Under the pieces are notes generated by a model. That model saw only the letters and a list, made by a program, of their open reading frames with translations, searched no databases and had not been told where the DNA came from. From positions 72,038 to 136,037 of the forward strand of contig NW_004798335.1 of the NCBI RefSeq assembly GCF_000002075.1: a stretch of DNA of 64,000 bases, in the 5' to 3' direction. A program made the position numbers and the translations under genes. Position 1 is the first letter of the stretch. Every line of letters starts with the position of its first letter. The DNA comes from Aplysia californica (Eukaryota). Of this stretch, positions 24,801 through 36,800 are shown in pieces.

Positions 24801-27800
24801 GTAAGTTACTTGTGTGTCAAACAAAGACCCTGGGCCTCTATGTATGATGTAAGTTACTTGTGTGTCAAACAGGCACTGGGCCTCTATGTATGATGTAAGT
24901 TACTTGTGTGTCAAACAGGCACTGGGCCTCTATGTGTGGTGTAAGTCTCTTGTGTGTCAAACAAACAGACACTGGGCCTCTATGTATGATGTAAGTCACT
25001 TGTGTGTCAGACTCGATTCCTGCAGGCCACATCCAACCCGGCGAGCAGTTGACAATCGATATTGTCTAGTACGTCAAATAATATATTGGACATGTTTTTG
25101 AGGATCTGAGTACGACTGTCGGTTTTCCTGTTGGAAAATATGTATTCTCTCTACTTTCCAGTATTGTTCCTCATGGACTAAAAGTCAGTATTGTTCCTCA
25201 TGGACATGCCAGTGCTAAAGAAAAATAATGAATTTTCAAGAACGTACTTGCAAATGAGAATGATAAGATGTTTTCTTTGTAGTTGTGTCCAGTATCGTCA
25301 TAGTTACTTAGTGAGCATGAATTTATTTCGTACAAAATAGTGGGTGTGAAAGGTTTGGAAGGGGGATACATGGCCAGTGTCCATCATCATGACTGCCTGC
25401 GTGGGTAGAGTATTTTTTGGTTTTGAAAAGTTGACAGCTATAGTTTTGTCTATAAAATGTCTTTTTGTTTGCAAATGCAACTTGTACAAAATCCTAGTGG
25501 CATACCTGTAATATTCATAATGCGTAAGAGACTTTGCTTTTACCATAGGTATTTGAAAAAAAAAATTATAGCAATGTTCCTAACAAAGTTGATGAGAAGA
25601 AAACTTAAAACAGCCTTTGTATTATACTAAATTCTTTTGAAAACATATCAGTCTTCATCAAGGTTTTACTACTGTACGACAGGATACTGATGATGATTTT
25701 GTGTTGATTTATGCCTTCTCATCGTAATAAAGTGGCTCCTAAGGAAGCCCTCTAGGTGAAACTTTGAGCTTTTTATGCTAGAATTCTTTTATTTGTATAA
25801 TTAATATTTTGCAAACCAAAATCTTCCAGGGCTCTTTGCAGGTGGTCCTACTTCCTTTTCTTTCCCTTTGTTATGTCTTTCTGTCTTACTTTTCCCCTTC
25901 ATTAACTCTTATAGGCCGTAACGACACATACTGTGTTGTTTCCGCCGACCGCCATCAGCCGGGATGACACATACTGTGTTGTTTTTATTTCCTTATTCAA
26001 AGACGAAGAAGAAACCGATACTAGTTTTCTCCGATGGGTTTAGCGTGGGTTAAAGGTCACATCCACCGTTTGTAAAGAAATAGCGGGGCTTTTCAATTGT
26101 TTACAGTGCGTTGATGCGAGTTTTGAGCTATGTTTTGCGTTGGGGTTCGTGTGTCGTTTCTGAAATTTTCATTATGCCGAAGAATAAGCCTTCTGCTTCG
26201 TCAGGTAAACGCTTGGTAAGGCACACTGCTGAGAAAGCAAGTGAATTACTGAGAGAACCTATCGATAACACAGATTTAGGAGTAGAAAGTGGTGAATCTG
26301 ACTTTGTCACGGAAAGAAGAAATTTTCTTTTCATTTTTTCTTTTTTTGATGTCGTAATGTTATGTAATTCTTCAAAACTAACACATTTACCTTTGAATTT
26401 CAATATTTTTATACTAATCTGATTCTACGTTCAATGCCCTCTACAATGATGTATAATATGGGTACATTACTAACAGGGAAACACACTAAAAACACAAAAG
26501 AAAATAACAGATGTGATTTCCCTTGGTCAGCCATGATTTAATTCCGGTGAATCCAGGGTAAATAATGTCGGTCTATAAGAGTTAAATGACTGTCTTTGTG
26601 TCAATGTGCGTTTCTTTATTGAAACAAAGACTCTGTTGTCGTACTCGGCTTTTCCTGCCATAAAATTTTTTGATGAAAATTTGTTAATTTAAATGGCCCG
26701 TTTTCTGTCTGTCTGTCTGCCTCTCTATTTCTCCAGATCAGTGTGTCAAACTTGTCTCTCTCCCTTTCTCTGAGCTTTCAGTCGAAACTGCTCTAACACC
26801 CCCTCTCCCATGTTCAAGAGAATCACCTGTAAAAACAACCACTGCCCATTTCCTCCTTGCATCTTTATTATATTATAATGGCACTGTCCAAGACAGCCAT
26901 TTCATTTCTTTTATGACCTAATTGTGTTGTAAGCTCCGTAAAGCGCTTATGTAAAAAAAAAAAAGGCCACCTACGACACCCACTTTTCTTCTCAACAGCA
27001 GGTGGCCGTGTTGGACAATTTTGATTGTATCACATGATCTTAATTGTTCACATTTGTCTCTGTCCCCCAGGTGTCATTTCTGCCGTCCCCCGTCCTGCCC
27101 CCCGCAGAGTTCATCAGCAGTAAGCTGACAGCCAAGGCCAACAGACAGCTGCAGGACCCTCTCATCATCATGACGGGGAACCTGCCCAATTGGCTGCCTG
27201 AGATAGGACAGGCCGCGTAAGGACATTTGATATAACTATAATGAATCATAATAGTAATCATAATAATGATATGTATACACTGATTCTAGGTCAGCAGTCA
27301 TGCGCCTCTCATACGGCCCTACCAATCAATCGGAAAAGGTGGCCTGCTCAATCTGGCAACACCTGCACACCCTCTGTCAACGCTCTGAATGTTCCATCCA
27401 CTTACAGTGGATTCCAGGCCACGCTGGACTGGCTGGGAACGAGGAAGTTGACAGCATCGCCAAAGAAGCAACAGCGATTACACAGATTGACACACCAATC
27501 GATTTCTCGACAGCTAAAGCCGTCATCCACCGATCGACCCGCGCAAAGTGGAAAAGAGAGGTGAAACCCAAACTGCCGTTTGCCCAGCCGCCGTCATACC
27601 AGCTTGAGGCCTCGCTAAGACGACAGGACCGCCGGCTTCTCTCCCAAGTGAGAACTGGTGGAAAATCGCCCAAGCTGAGATCATATCTCCACAAAATTGC
27701 GCCAGCGGACAACCCAGATCCGTCCTGCCGAGCCTGCAAGGAGGAGGACGAAACTGGACCATGTGTTCCTGAGATGTCCTGTCAGCTATCGTGCTAGAGC

Positions 27801-30800
27801 CCGTCTGCTGGGACATTTCAGTAACCCACTTTCAGCACTTTTTAAGGACCCCCGGGCAAGTGTTGAGTTCCTGTGTGCTGTCGGCATCACTGACCGTTTA
27901 TGAAGCCACAGCGCCAGAAGAGAGAGAGAGAGAGAGAGAGATAATAATGATAATGTAGCTGCCAATCAGTAGTAAATTACATATTAAATATTTCTTTGAG
28001 GGTCTGAGTGCAAGTGTTTTTGTGTGTCTGATTTTGTGTCAGAAAATACTTATTTTCTGTTTTCTAGTATTGCTCCTAAGGGACATGCCAGTACTCAAAA
28101 AAAGAAAAGTGAACTGTTAATATTGGATTTGTGAATGATAATAAGAACAAAGCCCATTTATAAGTCTATTGGGGAGGGGAGATCTTTTGTAGCAAGTCTG
28201 CTTTGAATTGCTTAAATTTATTGAAAATACAAAAATGTGTGAAGGGTTTGGATGAGGGTTACTGGGGCAAATGCCCACCATCTTGACCTGCTTTTTTTGT
28301 GTTTTAAATAGTTTGCAGCTGTGTAGTAATAGCAAAGATCACTTCTACAGCACCCTCTCCCTGGTAGCTCTAGGCGTTTCACAGTTATTAAAAAAATATA
28401 ATTTAAAAAAATAGTAAAAACAAAATTGACAGCTTACACAATGACATATTTCATGCATACTGATCCAGTCAATGTTCAACAATCCTTTCGAACACATATG
28501 CGGCAGTAATCCAACAAAAGAACACATACACATAAATTCACTGGCTGCTGATCACACTTGTGTCGAAACACAGTTGCCCTGCTTGGGGGAGGGGGGATGT
28601 TCTAATTATGTAAAAAGTTTTGTAATTAAAATATTTTAAAATTTGTATATGCTCTGGTTAAACTTTGTTGTTATTTCTGTTTTGTCTTTTTCCCCAGGCC
28701 CTTCTTGTTCCCCTTTGACACGAGACAGATGTTGTTCTTTGCCACGACCTTTGACCGCGACCGCGCTGTCTTGAGGCTGCAGCAGGATCAGGCGGGAGAA
28801 AGTTCATCGCACGACAACGAGAGGGTGGGCCCACGCCTAGACCGCAAGAGAGTGAGTGTGTTTTGTCTGCTTTGTAAACTTTGTAAATATATTTTCAAAC
28901 CTCCTCTAATGACCATTTCAATGTGCTCTATTTTACTCAAATAAAGTAAATGACTGTTATTTTGTCATTGTACACCTCTACTCAAACAAAATAAATGACT
29001 TATTGTGTCACTGTGGTTCTCTTTACTCAAACAATCCAAATAAATAATTGTTATTGCGTTGATACGCTTCTCTTTGTTCAAACAAATAAAGTGAATGACT
29101 GATACTGTGTCAGTGCGCTTCTCTTTACTCAAACAAACCAACTTTTTTTGTGTGCAGAGAGAGGTGAGCCGTAAAGACATCTTGAAACAGGCGGAGAAAG
29201 TGATGGAAGACATGAGTGGTTCGGCCAGCGCACGGACCATGCTGGAGATACATTATGAGAATGAGGTACATTCTGTGTTTGTGTGTGTCTGCTTTGTTTT
29301 GGGGGGGGAGGGGGGGATATCATGTCTGATAATTAAAATTTTCCCCTCGCAGTTTGATTTAGTATTGTGAAATAATTGAACTGATCAGCCCCGTACACAC
29401 TGAGAATTGGTAACGTTTGTCTCACCTTCCACTTTGCGCAATCATCTGTCTGTGGTGTGCTGTATGTCTGTGGGTGGATAGTGGGTCCTCTAGTGTGGTT
29501 TGTTCTTTCTTCCCTATTAACCATCATCATTCTCTCTCCTCCTTTTATTCTCTTGTTACTATCTTGTAACCCCTCTTATCTTGGGCGTGGGTGGTTGGCG
29601 GGTGCTCTGGTGTGGTTTGCTCCTTCTTTCCTATCAAACATCTATCGTCCTTATCTCCCCTCCTTCTTTGTTATGTTTGTTACTCTCTTGTAACACCTCT
29701 AATCTTCTGGCTCTCATATGACCTTATGCAGTTGCGAGCGCCGAAAAACCTCTACTAAAACATCTTATCTTGGGCACTTATTTGACCTTTTTTGTTTTGC
29801 AAGTGCTGTAAAACTCTAAGGAAAACTAAAACACTTAGAAATCTAAAAGTGTTGCTAAAACTAAAACTCTCAATAGGGATAATTAGAAATAATTAATTGA
29901 TTTTATATAGCACATATCTTGTGTCTGCAGCGAGCTCTATGCACTTTGCAACGTTTATGTTCTCTTTCTTAAACTAAATCTCAAAACTCTCACTAAAACC
30001 AGAACTTTAAACTTAAACTGATCAAAATTAAATCTCATAACAGTAGTTGAACTCTTACTAAACCAAGAACTCTTTAACTAAAGTTAAAACTTTTAATAAA
30101 ATTAAATCTCTTGATATTAATGATTTTCTCCTATACAGTGCATATCCACACTCTATAGCATGCTGTAGATGCTTTACAACAATCATTTTCTATGAAACTG
30201 AAGCGCTCATTACTAGTTTTACTAAAATAAAAACTTTTTACTGTTATTACAATTACTAAAACCAAAACTCTTGCACTAAAACTAAATCTCTTAAAAATCA
30301 TTCTTTCATATGTGTATATCCACACTCTACATCATGCGTTTCAACAGTTATAACAATAATTTTATCTTCCTAAAACCAAAATTCGTACTAAAACTATAAC
30401 TTTTTTTGAATGAAACTCTTTTTTAATAAAACTTGTACTAAAACTTAACCTCTTAATAATAATAATTATTGATAACTTCGTTTATACAGAGCATGTCCAT
30501 GCGCTACAGCATGCTCTATGTTCTTTGCAACTGTTATTTTCTCTTTTTTAAAACTAAAGTTCAACCCCCCCCCCCCCCCTCAGGCAATGCCACTGACTGA
30601 AATGTCTGTAGGCTATTCCCATAGGGGGGACATTAACTTGTTTGTATACACTGAAAAATTGAAAATGGGCTGATTCAACAATGTCATGCTCATAACTGTG
30701 CCTGAACTGCAACAGGGAACTGCTGCTTTTTCTTTCCTAATCCTTACTACCGTCATTTTCCTCTACTTCTTTTGTATGTTCGTCACACTCTTGTAACCCG

Positions 30801-33800
30801 CTATTTCCGGGGTGCCTTGATATTCGAAGCAGACTTTGTGCTGTTGAGGCGAGAGAGGTGAGCAGAGTAAGCCCGATTCCCAGTAAGGCCTTCCTCTGTT
30901 GACATTCACCCCTTGGCACTCATATGACCTTATGCAGTTGCAAGCGCCGTAAAACCTCTACTAAAACAAAACTAAAGTTCTTACTAAAACTAAAACTCTT
31001 ACCAAATCATAATATTAAAACCAAACTGTCTACCCATCTTAAGGTCTTACGAAAACTAAAACTCTTACTAAATCTAAAACTATTTACTCAAACCAAACTG
31101 TCTGTCTAAAGCTCTTACTAAAACTAAAACCTCTTACAAAATCTAAAACTCTTTGCTAAAACCAAACTGTCTATCCATGTAACAGGTTGGCACAGGCCTA
31201 GGCCCCACCCTGGAGTTCTACGCCCTGGTGTCAAAGGAGCTCCAGCGCAGTGACCTGGAGCTGTGGCGAGGAGACACGGTGACGGCCACTTCCCCGGCTG
31301 ACCCAAATGTCAAGTTGGACTACACGCAGTCCGCCTGCGGCCTGTTCCCAGCTCCCTTGCACAGAGGCTCAAAGGCCACGCACGTCAACAAGGTCAAGGC
31401 CAGGTTCAAGTTTTTGGGGAAATTCATGGCCAAGGCTCTCATGGATTCCAGAATGGTGAGAAAGGTTTTGTTTTATTTTCTCTGTGTGTGTGTGTGTGTG
31501 TGTCTCTCTGTGAACCTTTGTTTGTGCCTTTCTGTATGTGTACCTTTGTTTGTTGCTGTGTATGTGTGTGTTGGTATGTGAGAGCTTTTGTTTGTGTGTG
31601 TGGGTGGTTAGTTGGTGCTCTAGTGTGGTTTGTTCCTTCTTTCCTATCAAACATCTGTCGTCCTTATCTCTCCTCCTTTTTTGTGTATGTTATTCTCTTG
31701 TAACATCTATTCTTCGGCACTTGTATGACCTTACTGTGTTGAAAGTGACGTAATACTCTTTCTAAAACTAAAAACTAAAACCAAACTGTTTATGTGTGTC
31801 TGTGGTTTGTGTCTTTATTTGTGACTTGTGTTTGTATGTGCTAGTGTGCCTTTGTGTCTGTCTATGTACCTTTGTTTATGTTTGTAAATGTATCTTTGTT
31901 TGTCTCTGTATGTGTACCTTTGTTTGTGTTTTATCTCCTGCACCATTGATTTTAGGTTACATAAACGCAATCAGTCGCTTCCGTATAAACTTTGCCAGTG
32001 TTCACTCCTCAGAAAGGTAATTTGCAAGTGAAGAAAAATGAACATCCTTATAAAACATACAATGAACGACTTGTGTGCTTTCCCCTTGTACATCATTTTC
32101 CCATTTGGTTTCATATGTTTGATGTTACAATTTTGCGAGTTTATTTTAGTATGCAAAATTTTCAGAAAGTATTTATTGCACTGTCTTTAGGAAGAAAATA
32201 AAAGTCTGTTGTGGTTAGGCAGACCTATGTGAAAAATGTGAGGAAGCAAGCAAAGATGTGGGTAGTTAGCGGGTGCTTTAGTGTGGTTCGCTCTTCTTTC
32301 CTAGCAAACACCTATCATCTTTATCTCTCCTCCTCCTTTTCTTTGTAAATTACGATGCTGCAACACCTCTAATTTTCAGCACTTATATGACTTTTTTTGT
32401 GTGACAAGTGCTGTAAAACATTCTAACTAAAACTTTTAAAAATATTTAGAGGTGTTAAGTATGGTTGTCCGCAGATGTTGAGTAAAAAATTTTATTTCGT
32501 TTTATTGTGTTTGTGCTCTTTCTGTCCTATCCAACATCTACCATTTTTATCTCTCTTCTTTCTTTTTTGTTTTTGTTACTCGCTTGTAACACCTCTAATC
32601 TTTGGCACCTATATGACCTTATTGAACTGCAAGTCCTGTGAAACTCTTGTGATTAAAACCGACTTTGTTTTGTTTGTTCCCAGCTTGACCTCCCCCTGAG
32701 CCGCGTGTTCTACAAGTGGATGCTGGGCATGGAGCACTCCCTGACCTCCAGTGACCTCTTCCACGTGGATCGCGTCCTGGCCCGCTCCTTCCAACAGCTA
32801 GAGGACATTGTCCACCAGAAGAAACAGATCTGTAGTGACAAGGCACTGGTGAGACACCAACACTAGCTTGTTTGCTTTTATATATAGTAGTAGAGTCAGC
32901 TTGAACGAACAGAGTTAATCTGTCCGAAAATAACGGTAAACAGAAAGAATATAAAATCCCAGATGTTTTTATTCAATATTTCAGTAATCTGTCGAAACTA
33001 AAAACAGGGGGGGTTTGGTTTAAGTGGACTTCACAGCATGTTATCCTCCCTGTGGGCTGAAGAGAAAGCTGGAGGTGGGTGAAGAATTGTCCGTCTAAGG
33101 ACACAGATCTGCAGTGATAAGGTGTGGGTGAGACTTGCCTTTGTCTTTTTGAACGCATTAAGTATGAAATCATCCTGGTGGGCCGAAGAGAAAGTTGGGT
33201 GGAGGGAGTTGGGAAAAAACAGCCCTCCATAAGAGACAAATCTGTAGTAAAAAAGCACTGGTGAGTGAGACATAGCTCTGTTCTGACTTGATCTTGAAAA
33301 CAGCGCACAGACATTACCAAGTATTACTGTTACACGTGAATTGCCAGAATGTAAAACATCACTATCCAAAGACTTACTGGAAAAATAAAATTATAAAAAC
33401 TGAAACGGGAAAAGTATCGCATGATCATGGAAATAGAGGGTCAAAGGACTAGATGACTCTATTCTGTCATCCTTTTTTGTTTTTGCTTGTGGGTTAAAGG
33501 GATGTTGGGGGTGGGGGTTGGGGGGTAAAGATAGGATATGGGTGGGGTTGAAAAGAAAAAAACCCATAGCAGAGTTCGTGCCATTATAAATAACCTTGTT
33601 TCATATAAAAAAAGAAAAAGAAGAGAGATATTGTAGTGTCAAGCTATACTGCGTAAAATCTTTTGTTTGAAATTAGTATAAGTTCTTCCCCTATGAATCA
33701 TCTTTTTTGTTTTTAATGAAAGAGGGGGTGTGTGGGGGGGGGGGTCTTATTGTAAAACCGTATCAAATGAGACTTAGGTTTTATTGTCTGGCTAGAAATT

Positions 33801-36800
33801 AAAAGTTAACTCACCCTTGCCCTCATTTTCTTTCTCTATGTGTCATCCGTGTGCCCCCCCCCCCCGACCAATGAACCACAACTTTGACTACTTTCTGTCT
33901 ACTCACCCTTGTCTCTCTCGTGTGACTGGACACACTCACACACACATTCTTTCTCGCACACACATGCACACACACACACTCACAGACGGAGGAATGCAGG
34001 AAGCAAGCCCTGTCCAACCTGACCATGGATGGCTGCTCCCTGGAAGACCTTGACCTTTACTACGTCCTGCCTGGCAATCAGAACATCGAGCTGTGTAAAG
34101 GGGGCCGTGACATACAAGTCAACATCGACAATCTAGAGGAATATCTGCAGGTAGGGTTGCCTTGTCACTTTTAGCCGTCTTTATACGGTGCTTTCAATCC
34201 TCTATATTTTTACAGAAAGCCACAGATGTTTTAGATTAAGATGGGAAAATCAGATTAGATAAAAGTCTTGGTGAAAAAATAACCGTTCAGAGTTTTCTCT
34301 TTTGCTTTTGTGAATCAAAATGTCTTTTGCAACATCTCTAATCTTCAGCACTTATAGACCTAATTGTGTTGCAAGTGCTGTAAAACTTTTGCTAGAACAG
34401 AACGAAGTCTTGCTGTGGGTGGCTCTGGGTGCTCTTGTGTGGTTTGCTCTTTCTCTCATCAAACATCTGTTGTCCCTATCTCTCCTCTTTCTTTTCTTTG
34501 TATGTTACTTTCTAGTAACACTATTTATCTTCAGCAATTATTAGAGTAATTTGTATACGTGCTCATATGACCTTATGAAGTTGCGAGCGCCGTAAAACCC
34601 CATACTAAACTAAGGCTAATTTGTGTCACAAATAAAGTAAAAGTCTTACTGTGGGTGGTTGACGGATGCTGTGGTGTGTATTGCTCCTCTTTTTTTTCAA
34701 ACATTTGTTTTATGCTACTCTCTTGTAACACTTGTAATCTTTACTTTTGTGTACCTATTTGTATTTCTAGTGCGTAAAACTCTGAACTAAAAAGCGAAAA
34801 TTACCCCCTTTTTTGCAGCTTGTACTTCACTGGAGCCTAGTGGAGGGGATCAGCCGACAGTTTGAGGCATTCCGGGAGGGCTTTGAGGCGTTATTCCCTC
34901 TCTCCACTCTGCACTGCTTTTATCCTGAGGAGGTGAGAGTCGTGATGTAATGGCAACATTACTAGTGGGAACATTTTTCTTTCTTTTCTGATTTTCAACC
35001 TTCATTTCTTTAAACTAAATCGATTGATTGTTAATGTTTAACATCTTCATAAACACATTTTGGATTACTTCAAAGGCTGGCTTTCGACTCTTCTTGTCAT
35101 GGCTAACCGGCCTGTTTTCGAGGTGCCGATTTTTTAGAATAAGATAGGAAATCAGGATTTCGGAAATTGTCCAGAATTTGTAATACACGTCTGCTTATAC
35201 TAGGCAGTTTAGTGAACGCGCTCTCAATCTGTCCGAAAATAACGGTAAACAGAAAGAATATAAAATCCCAGATGTTTTTATTCAATATTTCAGTAAATCT
35301 GTCGAAACTAAAAACAGGGGGGTTTGGTTTAAGTGGACTTCACAGCATGTTATCCTCCCTGTGGGCTGAAGAGAAAGCTGGAGGTGGGGGAAGAATTGTC
35401 CATCTAAAGACACAGATCTGCAGTGATAAGGTGTGAGTGAGACTTGCCTTTGTCTTTTTGAACGCATTAAGTATGAAATCATCCTGGTGGGCCGAAGAGA
35501 AAGTTGGGTGGAGGGAGTTGGGAAAAAACAGCCCTCCATAAGAGACAAATCTGTAGTAAAAAAGCACTGGTGAGTGAGACATAGCTCTGTTCTGACTTGA
35601 TCTTGAAAACAGCGCACAGACATTACCAAGTATTACTGTTACACGTGAATTGCCAGAATGTAAAACATCACTATCCAAAGACTTACTGGAAAAATAAAAT
35701 TATAAAAACTGAAACGGGAAAAGTATCGCATGATCATGGAAATAGAGGGTCAAAGGACTAGATGACTCTATTCTGTCATCCTTTTTTGTTTTTGCTTGTG
35801 GGTTAAAGGGATGTTGGGGGTGGGGGTTGGGGGGTAAAGATAGGATATGGGTGGGGTTGAAAAGAAAAAAACCCATAGCAGAGTTCGTGCCATTATAAAT
35901 AACCTTGTTTCATATAAAAAAAGAAAAAGAAGAGAGATATTGTAGTGTCAAGCTATACTGCGTAAAATCTTTTGTTTGAAATTAGTATAAGTTCTTCCCC
36001 TATGAATCATCTCTTTTGTCTCTAATGAAAGAGTGTGTGTGNNNNNNNNNNNNNNNNNNNNNNNNNNNNNNNNNNNNNNNNNNNNNNNNNNNNNNNNNNN
36101 NNNNNNNNNNNNNNNNNNNNNNNNNNNNNNNNNNNNNNNNNNNNNNNNNNNNNNNNNNNNNNNNNNNNNNNNNNNNNNNNNNNNNNNNNNNNNNNNNNNN
36201 NNNNNNNNNNNNNNNNNNNNNNNNNNNNNNNNNNNNNNNNNNNNNNNNNNNNNNNNNNNNNNNNNNNNNNNNNNNNNNNNNNNNNNNNNNNNNNNNNNNN
36301 NNNNNNNNNNNNNNNNNNNNNNNNNNNNNNNNNNNNNNNNNNNNNNNNNNNNNNNNNNNNNNNNNNNNNNNNNNNNNNNNNNNNNNNNNNNNNNNNNNNN
36401 NNNNNNNNNNNNNNNNNNNNNNNNNNNNNNNNNNNNNNNNNNNNNNNNNNNNNNNNNNNNNNNNNNNNNNNNNNNNNNNNNNNNNNNNNNNNNNNNNNNN
36501 NNNNNNNNNNNNNNNNNNNNNNNNNNNNNNNNNNNNNNNNNNNNNNNNNNNNNNNNNNNNNNNNNNNNNNNNNNNNNNNNNNNNNNNNNNNNNNNNNNNN
36601 NNNNNNNNNNNNNNNNNNNNNNNNNNNNNNNNNNNNNNNNNNNNNNNNNNNNNNNNNNNNNNNNNNNNNNNNNNNNNNNNNNNNNNNNNNNNNNNNNNNN
36701 NNNNNNNNNNNNNNNNNNNNNNNNNNNNNNNNNNNNNNNNNNNNNNNNNNNNNNNNNNNNNNNNNNNNNNNNNNNNNNNNNNNNNNNNNNNNNNNNNNNN

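Noticed and set aside
24779-25008. CRISPR-like regular repeats (also 37861-38210 and 42890-43000)
   Set aside because: Eukaryotic locus, no cas genes, and the main arrays are head-to-tail with no unique spacers.
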